This document shows, one piece after another, positions 44,301-56,300 of a DNA stretch of 64,000 nucleotides. Each line of letters opens with the position of its first letter. Within the stretch, counting starts at the first letter, position 1. The stretch spans positions 32,552,001 through 32,616,000 of the forward strand of contig NC_086097.1 in NCBI RefSeq assembly GCF_963921235.1, given 5' to 3'. The translations under genes and the position numbers were made by a program. The notes under the pieces are model-generated. The model saw only the letters and a list, made by a program, of their open reading frames with translations. It was not told where the DNA came from and ran no database searches. The stretch comes from Mobula hypostoma (taxonomy: Eukaryota).

Positions 44301-47300
44301 AAAAGCTCCAGCACATCCTCTTTCTTAACGTCTGTATGCTCAAGCTTTTCAATCCACTGCAAGTCATCCCTACAATCGCCAAGATCCTTTTCTGTAGTGA
44401 ATACCAAAGCAAAGTATTCATTAAGGACCTCAGCTATCTCCTCCAGTTCCATACACACTTTTCCACTGTCACACTTGATTAGTCCTATTCTCTCACGTCT
44501 TATCCTCCTCTTGCTCTTCACATACTTGTAGAATGCCTTGGGGTTCTCTTTAATCCTGCTTGCCAAGGTCTTCTCATGGCCCCTTCTGGCTCTCCTAATT
44601 TCATTCTCAAGCTCCTTCCTGTTAGCCTTATAATCTTCTAGATCTCTATCATTACCTCATTTTTTGAACCTTTCGTAAGCTTTTCTTCTTGACTAGATTT
44701 ACAATAGCCTTTGTACACCACAGTTTCTGTACCCTACCATCCTTTCCCCGTCTCATTGAAACTTACCTATGCAGAATGCCACACATATATCCCTGAACGT
44801 TTGCCACATTTCTGCCGTACATTTCCCTGAGAACATCTGTTCTCAATTTATGCTTCCTAATTCCTGCCTGATAGCTTCATATTTCCCCTTACTCCAATTA
44901 AACGCTTTCCCAACTTGTCTGTTCCTAACCCTCTCCAATGCTATGGCAAAGGAGATAGAATTGTGATCACTATCTCCAAAATGCTCTCCCACTGAAAGAC
45001 ATGACACCTGGCCAGGTTCATTTCCCAATACCAGATCAAGTACAGCCTCTTCCTCTTGTAGGCTTATTTACATATTGTGTCAGGAAACCTTCTTGAACAC
45101 ACCTAACAAACTTCACCCAGCCTAAACCCCTTGCTCTACGGAGATGCCAATCACTATTTGGGAAATTGAAATCTCCTACCATGACAACCCTGTTATTATC
45201 ACACCTTTCCAGAATCTGTCTCCCTATCTGCTCCTCGATGTCCCTGTTACTATTGGGTGATCTATAAAAAACACCCAGTAGAGTTATTGACCCCTTCCTA
45301 TTCCTAACTTCTACCCATAGAGACTCAGTAGACAATCCCTCCATGACTTCCTCCTTTTCTGCAGCTGTGACATTATCTCTGATCAGCAGTACCACACCCC
45401 CACCTCTTTTGCCTCCTTCCCTGTCGTTTCTGAAACATCTAAAGCCTGGCACTCAATGTAACCATCCCTGCCCCTGAGCCATCCACGTCTCAGTAATGGC
45501 CACAAAATAGCTCCAAGTACTGATCCACACTCTAAGCTGATCCGCTTTGTTTATGATCTTTCTTGCATTAAAATAGACACAACTCAAACCATCGGTCTGA
45601 GCGTATCCCTTCTCTATCACCTGCCTATCCTCCACCTCGCACTGTCTCCAAGCTTTCTCTATATGTGAGCCAACTGCCCCTTCCTCTGTCTCTTCAGTTC
45701 GATTCAGTCCCCCAGCAATTCTAGATTAAACTCTCCCTAGTAGACTTAGCAAACCTCCCTGCCAGGATATTGGTCCCCCTCGGATTCAAGTGCAATCTGC
45801 CCTTTTTGTACAGGTCACACCTGCCCCAAAAGAGTTCCAATGATCCAGAAATCTGAATCCCTGCTCCCGCTCCAATCCCTCAGCCACGCATTTATCCTCC
45901 ATCTCACTCTATCCCTATACTCACTGTTGCATGTCACAGGCAATAATCCTGAGATTACTATCTTTGAGGTCCTGCTTCTCAACTACCTTCCTAACTCCCT
46001 GTAGTCTGTTTTCAGGACCTCCTCCCTTTTCCTACCTATGTCGTTGATACCAATATGTACCATGACCTCTGGCTGTTCACCTTCCCACTTCAGGATATTG
46101 TGGACGCGATCAGAAACATCACGGACCCTGGCACCTGGGAGGCAAACTACCATCCATGTTTCCAGTTATAGTGGGTCAAAGTCAAAGGAAAATTTATCAA
46201 TGTACACTACATATATATTCATTTTCTTCAAGGCACTTACACGAAAATAAAGAAATGCAATCAAATTTACAAAAAAAACTATACATAAACAAAGACTCAC
46301 AAAGAGACTATTAATAACAAGAGAGCACAAAATTAGCTTCTTCCTCTCCATTATCATATTTCTGACAGTCCATGACCCTTGATCTCAACCTCATTAATTT
46401 CACTTTTTGCACTATTTTGTAAGTTATGGTAATTTTATATCTTTGCACTGTACTGCTGCCACAAAATAACAACTCTCATGTCATATAAGACAATGATAAC
46501 AAAGCTGACTCTGTTTCAGATTCTGAACTCAACCACAGTGGTCTCAGCAACACACATCAAAGTTGCTGGTGAACGCAGCAGGTCAGGCAGCATCTGTAGG
46601 AAGAGGTGCAGTCGACGTTTCAGGCCGAGACCCTTCGTCAGGACTAACTGAAGGAAGAGTGAGTAAGGGATTTGAAATAATTTTGGATCTCCCCCTCCCC
46701 CTCCAACTTTCAAATCCCTTACTCACTCTTCCTTCAGTTAGTCCTGACGAAGGGTCTCAGCCTGAAACGTCGACTGCACCTCTTCCTACAGATGCTGCCT
46801 GGCCTGCTGCGTTCACCAGCAACTTTGATGTGTGTTGCTTGAATTTCCAGCATCTGCAGAATTCCTGTTGTTTGCACAATGGTCTCAGAATTGATTAACA
46901 ATGTAAACAAGCTTAGTGTTGACAGTAGTGGTAGGAAACTCACGGTATGCTTTTAACAGGGGAACGTCTGGTGACGGCTGTTCCGAAGTCCCTTCCTCCA
47001 TACAGATGCCACACAACTGAGATCTCCTTCACCACATAGCGGACCTCTGGGATCGGCAGGTGCACGGGTGCCTTGCTTTTGTCCACTTTCTTGACTGGCA
47101 ACGTGAAATGCTCGTCTTTGATGAGAATGGGTCCAGGGGTCAGTATCTTCACTACGGGTTCAGACTCTCTCTGCTGAATAAGATACGTAACAATATCTTC
47201 AGATAGCATCACCAGGCAGGACAAGGGCAACTTGCACATGGGAGCATCACCACCTGCAAGTACCTCTCCACACATTATCTTGACATGGAAATATTACTAG

Positions 47301-50300
47301 CTCTGTATATGAGATTCTTTCTGGAATTAGTTTGTAGGAATATATTCAGCACATGCACTATAGCAATTCAAGAAGATAGTCCACCATCATTTGTCTAGGG
47401 GGAATGGAGATGGATATGAACTTTATTAGGAGCTTCTACATCCCAATAACAAAATATTAAAAATAAATAATAAATTGATAAAGAAATTGCATAGCATGTC
47501 ACCTCTAACTCTTACATATCCCTAATGCCTCTACCACAACCCCTGGCAGTATGTTCCATGCACACACCATTCTCTGAAAAAAATCCTACTGGTCCTCACC
47601 CCCATTCCTTCCCTCAAGTCACCTTAAAAGTGCATCCTCTCATATTAACTACTGCCACCCTGATTCGGAATACTCCACCTATTGTGTCAGGAATCCTTTC
47701 TGGACACAGCTAACAAATTCCGCTCCATCCAAGGATGTGCCAATATTAGGGACATCGAAGACACCCATGACAACAACCCGTTATTTTTACACCATTCCAA
47801 AACCTGCCTCCCAACCTGCTGCTATTTGGGGTTGTCTGTAGAATGTTGCCAATACAGTGGTTTAATCTATCGGTATGCTTAATGAGACCCCAACACCAAC
47901 CCCCATCCCTGTCCTTCTGAACATCAACAACAGGGCCAGAGACATGAAACCCTTCACCCCTGGGATCATTCTTGTGAATCTACTCTGGACCCTCTCCAGG
48001 GCCAGCCCATCCTTAAATAAGAGGCCCAAAACTGCACACAATACTCTATGTGATGTGATCAATAAATGCTTTAAAAAGGCTTAACAGTACATCCTTACTT
48101 TTATATTCTTGTCCTCTTGAAATGAATGCTAACATTGCATTTGCCTTCCTTACCACCGACTCAACTTGCAAGTTACCCTTCAGAGAATCCTGATCTCCCT
48201 TGTACTTTATCGTTTACCCGCACTGCACTTTTTCCAGTAGCTTTTGCACTTTATTCTGCTTTGTTATTCTTTTACCTTATTATAGCTCTATGCACTGAGT
48301 AGTAACTTCATTTGTATAAAGATTAGCTTTATTTGTCACATGAGCATCAAAACATACAGTGAAATACGTTGTTTGCATTAAATTAAATCAAATCAGTGAG
48401 GATTGTGCTAGGCAGCCCAGAAGTGTCACCTTGCTTCCAGTGTTAACAAAGCATACTCACCAATCACCCTAACCCTAAACGTACATCTTTGGAATGTGGG
48501 AGGAAACTGGAGTACCTGGAGGAAACCCATGTAGTCATGGGAGAACATACAGTGGCTGGAATTGAACATCGATCTTATCGCTGGCACAGTAAAGTGTTAT
48601 GCTTAACCGTTGTACTACCATGCTACCCTGTACAAACAGTATGCAAGTCAAGCTTTTCACTGTATTTTGGTACATGTGACAATAATAAACCAAAACTAGG
48701 ATTCACAAGTACATTTGCACTTCTGATCTCTGAATTGGCTCCTCACTTAGAAAATAGTTTAATTCCTGGTTAGTTAACCCATAGGAGCGTTTTGTCAGCT
48801 GACTGTAAAACCTGAACAAAGCCTTTCATTTGCTTCAGATTCCAGTAGCACCATACCTTTACAACTCACCGTGACTGAAAGCTTTGGTGCATCTAGGATG
48901 CAGAAATCATCACTCTCAGGCTGCTCACTGGGTAATGGGGTGTAGGCTGCATGATGCTCTGGAAGAACCATGGTGGAACTTGGGCTCTGCTCCTGGGAAG
49001 AGCCTCCACTTTCATCGGGGAAGAGGAAAAGATCAGACTGTGCAGGCTCTCGCTCCCGGATGAGGTTTCTGTGAAGCCCTGAAGATGGTAAAAGATGACT
49101 GACATAACCAGCAACAAATGACCCCAAGACATTTGGGCTGAGACCCTTCATCTGTTCTCACCTATCACCTGCCAGCTTGTACTCCTTCCCCTTCGCCCAA
49201 CCTTATTATTCTGGCTTCTTCCCCCTTCCTTTCCAGTTCTGATGTTGGGACCTGGCACAAAGCATTGACTGTTTATTCCTCTCCATAGACACTGCCTAAC
49301 CTGCTGAATTCTTCTAGCATTTTGTGTGCAGGACACATAAATTAATTTCTCTTCTCAACCAGAGGTCAAGTGCCTTCTTCTGAAGTAAAACAGAAAACAC
49401 AAACATCACTCAGCCCATATTAAATGGAGAGTACAGCAGGTAGAACCCTGTAATAACATGGGGCGCCTGGAGGGGGTAAGATGATAAAGGTTGGGCAAGG
49501 AAAGACCACTGTAGCATATGGATTTTAAGCTCCTTCCTGCCTTCCTCACCAATACAAACTGTGCTCTGGTGTGACTTCACATCCCTGGGGCAGGAACATG
49601 ACATCTGGAGTACCCTCCCACTGTCACAGTCACACAGGCTGGCCGTGTCCAAAGTTCCTGCAGCAACCATGGGTAATTTCAGCATCCACCGGCTGACAAC
49701 ATAAACTGCAGAGCACCAAGAGTTTGCCAGATGTGTGCGCTGGGTAACTGGAATAATACACTGGAGGCTATTCACAAGTTAGTCAGATCACAGCAAGTCT
49801 CTACAGTAGTGGCTTGGCATAATCATAGTGTAATACAGCATGGAAACAAAACCCTCCAGCCCAACTCATCCAGACTGACTAATCTGTCTCTCCAAACTAG
49901 TTTAATAAATTTTTTTCTTCCCCTAATCCTTCAGGTTTTCTAACGCTCTGAGCTTATCCTCTGATTTCCTGACTCTGTTCACTAACCATTTGATTGTGGC
50001 GCGACAGGAGGGGAAGGAGGTGATGACGGTAGGACATCCATCTCCTCCATTGCATCGATCATGAGGTCCCGCAGCATCTTCTGCTCAGCCTCAGCAAGAC
50101 CTGACGTTCTGCTGGGAGTGCTGTCACCGGATCCAGCCTGGGAATAGAGTTATAACCAGTCCATCATGTAACTTCAGACTAAAGGTTTCCAAAGCTGAGA
50201 GTTCCCTCTCTTTGTGTCACCTGTAGACTTATTAATACAGTTTTTAAAAAATCACTTTGGCTTCTATGCTCTAAGTAGGGTGAGAGGAGGCTCCAGCACA

Positions 50301-53300
50301 AAATAGTTGGGCCAAATGCCTTGTTTCTGTGCTGTTGATTCTATGTACTGTAAAAGTTGATGTTACAAGGGTATCTTTTCAATGTGTCAAGATGCACTAC
50401 ACAAGGTTATTGAGAAAATGGGTTTTATGGAGTGTCTCAGCTGAGGAAATGCCATAATGAAGGGCTTAGTCAATGTCAGGCAGGGAAGTCAACAGCAAAC
50501 ACTAGGTGAAGTGAGAATAATCAGGCATAATTCCAGTGCTAAATATTCACGAGTACCACAGACATAGTGAATAATACCAATATATTAGTCACAGTTAAGG
50601 AGGTTTACTACCAAGCCTGAAAATACCAGCATTGCCCCCAACCCAGGAGTAATCTCAATCTCCATGAGTTTCTTTCATTACCCGGCTCCTCTGTGCCGCG
50701 GCTCCAGGGGTTCCTTGGAATTTAGAGGGCGGATGCAGGTCTCCATAACTTGCCACATACTGGATAAGGTTCATGAGGGCAGCACAAGAATCAGAACACG
50801 TGCGGACGTGGATGACATCACTGGAACAGCAGAGCTCAAACCGAGGCTGGAGAGAGAAGTAAAGTTGAGTGCAACCATCTGAGCTGTATGTAAAATGGCA
50901 AGGTTCACATGTGTAAACAGTCTCTCACCCGCTCTCCCTCTGACGTCTGCTTTGACGCAGTGATGCGGAACTCCAGCAGCCCCATGTCCAGAACTCGTAC
51001 GTAATCTAGAATAAATAGTTAATACCAGGGAAATAGCAAGGGTCATTAACTTGAAGTCCATTTTGCTGGCATGGACATTAATCTGTCACATAGCTTCTTT
51101 TCATTCCATATCAGAATCCACCTACACACCCCCAAATCCCTCTATAGAGGAAAGCTATTTTATTACGGAAAATTTACGAGGATGTTGCTGGATCTTGAGG
51201 CCTTGAGCTATGGGAAAGGTTGAACAGGCTAGGACTTTATACCCTGGAGCACAGAAGAATGAGGGGAGGTCTTATAGATATATACAGAATTATGAGTATA
51301 GATAGGATAAATGCAAGCAGGCTTTTTCCACTGAAGTTGGGTTAAACTATAACTGGAGGTAGTGCGTTAAGACTGAAAAGTGAAATGTTTAAGGGAAACA
51401 CGAGGGGGAACTTCTTCACTCAGAACGTGATGAGAGTATGGAATGAGCTGCCAGTGGAAGTGCTGGATGCGGAGTTGATTTCAACATTTAGGAGAAATTT
51501 GGGTGAGTACATGGATAGGACAGATATGCAGGGCTATGGTCCAGGTACGGCTCCATGGTACTAGGCAGAATAATAGTTTGGCACAAACTGATGAACAGAA
51601 GGGCCTGCCTCTGTGCTGCAGTGTTCTATGACTCTATAAAGTACCACTTTAAGGATTAAGGTTCCCCTTCTCTCCCCAAGTTTCTAAATCTCAATGCAAT
51701 GTGGAGTCCCTCCTTCCTGACAATATGGCTACATGGGATGGAAGGGTTAGGTTGATCTTGGAGTAGGTTCGTACAACATCGTGGTGCGAAGGACAAGTAC
51801 CATGTTGCATTGTTCTATGTCCTGATGTTTGATGGGTAATGCAGCCAGGTACTGACCTCTGGGTCTTCGGAGCAAAGGAGGATGAAAGGTGACTTGATAG
51901 TGATGTACAGGATGATAAGAGGCATGGATAGAGTGGACAGCTAGCGACTTTTCTTCCCCGGACGTAAATTATTAATATGAGAGAGCATAATTTTAAGGAG
52001 ATTGGAGGAAAGCATAAAGGAGTTGTCAGAGTTTGTTTTTTTGTAAACATACAGATTTGAGAGTGTGTGGTAGAGGCAGATACATTAGGGACATTTAAGA
52101 GTCTCTTGGATATGCACATAGATGATGGAAAAATATAGTGCTATGAGGGAGGGAAGGACTAGACTGATATTAAAAGTAGGTTAAAAGGTCAGCACAATGT
52201 TGTGGGCCAAAGGGCCCGGATTGTGCTGTACTGTTCTATGTTGGTATTCATAAGAATGTAGGTGACCTTTTTGTATGACCCATCCTTTTGGCCAGGGCTT
52301 GTCTCTTGGGTACAAAGGAGGACTTGATAGAGGTGTACAATAAGGTAAGCAGTATAGCTCGAGAGGATAGCCAAATGCTCTTTCCCAGGGCTGTAATGGC
52401 TAATACAAGGGGGCATAACTTTAAGGTGTTTGAACACAAGTATAAGGGGACATCAGGCAAGTTTTTTTCTTAACACAGAGAGTAATGAGTGTGTGGATTG
52501 CGGTGTCAGAAGTTGTGACAAAGGCTGATAAATTAGGGATATTTAAGAGATACTTAGATAGACACATAGATGACAGATAAATGGAGGGCCATGTGGAAGA
52601 GAAGGTTACATTGATGTTAGAGTCAGCAACATTGTGCTGTGAAACACTCTTCTATATTCTGTAACCCTGGGAGCACCCAAATTCCAGTGACCCAACCTTT
52701 GGAGACACTAATCAGCCACTCCTTAACCAATTAGGAGAAGGAGCTCAGGAGAGACAATGGCGCCTAACAGCAACTCCTTTGCTTGCATCTTCGGAAACAG
52801 CTCTATTTCTACCTTTAATATCTCTAATTTTCCCTATCAGGGTTCTTTTGAAGACCCTGATCTGGAGTTACATGCTGACTTCGGCTCTTTGTGAGAATGG
52901 GACCCGCTCTCGGGGTTTCACGACCGGCCATTGTTCAATATGTCAAGGATGCGGCCTACGAGATTAGCTCACAATCGGAGTTACGGGAACTCGTGGCCCT
53001 GGAGATGGGCAGACCGAAGATCGGTGCCTCTGCAGGAATTTGGTGTGTTGTGGGAGACGGAATATCGAAAGCAGCAAGCTGGCTGCTGGCTGTGTGCCCA
53101 GAGACCTGAGTTCTTTGGAAAGAGAGCTTGGAAAAAGCGATGCAACAGACTTTTAACATCGTGAATCAGCGAGCTGTTCATTATGTCTCCCCTCTCACTG
53201 TGAAACGGGGGCACCTCTTTTTCCTTTATTAAAGGGAGAGAAAGAGCCTGTGGTATGTCGAATACCTGGTCAACGAGTAGTCTTTGGGGTACTGCAAGTC

Positions 53301-56300
53301 TGTGTCTTTGCTGATTCTTTGCTGCACACTTGAGTGCTTGGTGCAGAGTACCGATGCTTTTTTTTTGCTGGTGGGGGAAGGGGGATTGTTGCTTTGTTGC
53401 TGCTTATGTGTGGGAGGGGGAGCTCGGGGGGCTTTGGGGTTCTAACATTTAACTGTCATTCATTCTTTGGGGGCATTCCTCTGTTTTCGTGGATGGTTGC
53501 GAAGAAAAACCTTTTCAAGATGTGTATTGTATACATTTCTCTGACATTAAATGTACCTTTGAAACACAATGAAAAATCTCACCTTTCTTTAAATTTACCA
53601 GTGCATTATGACATTTCTCAGACAAGTACAATGCAGCGTCATCAATAATTATTCTGGAAGACAAAGGAGATTGATTATTACAGCAGTTAGTTGCTGGAAA
53701 CACAGAACAAACAGACACTATAACTGAAAGGGTCTCAGTCAGTACCTGAGTGTAGAGCAGTACTTGTCCAGGACAATGTTACTGGATATGGTGAAGGTTT
53801 CAACAGTCACCACTGCTCGAACAGGTAAATACAGTGGCCTAGAATTGAGAAACAATCGATGTAAAACAGTTCATGAGCATTTCCCAGTTCAAATCATTTC
53901 CCACAACTTTAATCTGTACATCTTCTCTTCTACCTCCAACAAACTGATAAGACTATGCCTAACATCTACCCCTACATTCTCAGCCAACCCTTTCATCTCA
54001 GTCATGTTGTTATAAACTTCAAGCAATTTCTTGATATTCTACTAAAACTGTCCTTGACATCACTTTAGTTGCTTGTACTTGTCTGAACAAAGGAATAGGA
54101 CAAAGACTTTGGATAGCCAGGGTAGCACGGTAGCATAGCTGTTAGTGCAGTGCTTTACCGCACCAGTAATCACCAGTTGGAGTTCAATTCAGGCATGCTA
54201 TGTTGGCACTAGAAGCAAGGCAACACATGTGGTTGCCCCCACCGTATCTTTGGGCTGTGTTCAACGTTGATGCAGAACGACACTGTATGTTTTGATGTTT
54301 GAACGTACAGATGACAAATAAAAGACAATCTTTATCTTTTGACCTGAGGAACTGCTGAATAAATCAGTCTTCACTTTGGACAAACTTTTAAACAAGTAAA
54401 TATGAACAAACATCAGGATGTGGGAACAGGTTCAGCTTACATTGATAGAATCAAATTGCTCGAAAGGAAACCGGACAGGAAATTATACTGCATCTAACCT
54501 GTGCCGTCCCTACCCAGGAGGATGTCATATATATGTCGCACAGGTTTATTTGAAATAGTGTATCAGCATAGAGGAAACATTTTATTGTATCTAGCCAATA
54601 CTACAGCTGTCTTGGGTGTTTAAAGTGAGAGGGAGCTTTACTCTAACTTGTGTTATCCCTTCCCTGGGCGATGCAGAAGTCTGTATTCCCTTTAAATGTG
54701 CCATACATCACACATTGACTGCAAATCCCCCGGTCGATACCCAGAGGTCATCTAAGTCCAGAGGACAAAGCCAAAGGTCAAAGTCAGGAGGTAGAAATCC
54801 AAAAGGTTGAAGACCTAAGTCAGTGAGTTTGGTGGTAGAGGCTGGAAGATTGAATCTGCATGAGACTGGAGCTTAGAGGCCCAGTTTCTGCAAATCTGGG
54901 AGTCTGGGGTCAAGGACTGGAGGCCCGGAAGGGGCCTGAACTGGGGCAGGAGGACAGTATGTGTGAGAGGGTGAGAGGCGGGAAAGGAGCTTGCTTGTGC
55001 AGTTCTGCGTTGAGCTGTGTTGTTCTGTCGAGCATTATGAGCATGCTAGGTTGGTGCTGGAATGTGAGGTGACATTTGCTGGCTATCCCCAGCACATCCC
55101 TGGATGTGTTGCTTGCTAACACAATTGTACGTTTTGATGTACACGTGATAAATAAACTTGAATCCACATCACTGAATGATCATGCAGAATGAAACAAGTG
55201 GGGAGAAGTGTTCTGTTGAGGTGCTACTCACCTGTAGTCCAGGGCACAGCTCCAGAGGTGTAGGTGGAATGTGGTTGCATTTGCTGGACGAGCATAGCCC
55301 AACACAGGTTCCTCCGTAATATTCATGAAATCCAGGATCTGCACAAATATCAAACAATTAATGGAAATCAGTAGCAAGCTTTGTATCTGGTGATCTTGGT
55401 GCGGCCTCCTCTACATCAGTGAGACTCGATGTAGATAGAGGGCTGCTTCATTCAGCACCTACGCTCCATCCTCCACAAAAGGCAGGATATCTCAATGGCC
55501 ACCTATTTCAATTCAACTTCCCATTCCTATACCAACATGTTTGTCCACGGCCTCCTCTATTGCGGCCAAACTCTAGGATGAACACTTCACATTTCATCTG
55601 GGTACCCTCCAACCTGGTGGCATTTTGCCAGTAATTTCTCTTTCCTCCCCCTTTTTTTCTATTCCCCATTCCAGTTCCCCTCTCACTACTTTGAACTCTT
55701 CTCACCTGCCCATCACCTCCCTCTAGTCCCTTCCTTCTCCCTGTTTTTCTTTGGTCCACTCTCCTCTCCTATCAGATTCCTTCTTCAGTCCTTCACCTTA
55801 TCTACCTACCACCCCCCAGCTTCTCATTATTCCCCCCACCCCCACCCTCACTTGGTTTCACCTGTCACCTGCCAGTTTGTACTCCTTCTTTTCCCCCCAC
55901 TGTCTTATTCTGGCTTCTTCCTCCTTCCTTCCAGTCCTGATGAATGGTCTCAACCTGAAAAGTCGGCTGCTGAGTTCCTCCAGCATTTTGTGTGTACTAT
56001 TTAAGAATTCCAGCATTTGCAGAATCTCTTGTGAATAGAAGTTAATATCATCGAACAATACCAATTTTTTTATTCTTACAAAAGTTGTTTGTGAACCCCC
56101 TACCTGGATTTACAATAAACAAACTGCAGATATCTGAATCAATATGTCCAGGAGGCAGAAATCTCCCTAATGTTTGAAGTACCAAGAAACAGCATCAGAG
56201 AGAGAGGCTTATTGCAATTTTAGACTCCCCTGCAGTTTACCCCTCTGGAGAAATGCATGGTGGCAGACAAGTTTAATGGAGAGAATATTAAGTAGCAATT

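Larger units (their letters stand above)
46548..46874. mobile_element. Penelope-like terminal-repeat fold-back mini-element (young copy)
   Basis: 132-bp inverted arms 46546-46677 / 46708-46839 (2 mismatches), 30-nt loop; 14-bp TSD cacagtggtctcag (46534-46547) / cacaatggtctcag (46875-46888). Confidence 0.85.

Noticed and set aside
46563..46898. Shared ORFs [17 protein letters not shown] (also 18793..19155) as a small-protein family
   Set aside because: Translations of the hairpin arms, with non-ATG or flank-derived starts and no coding evidence.
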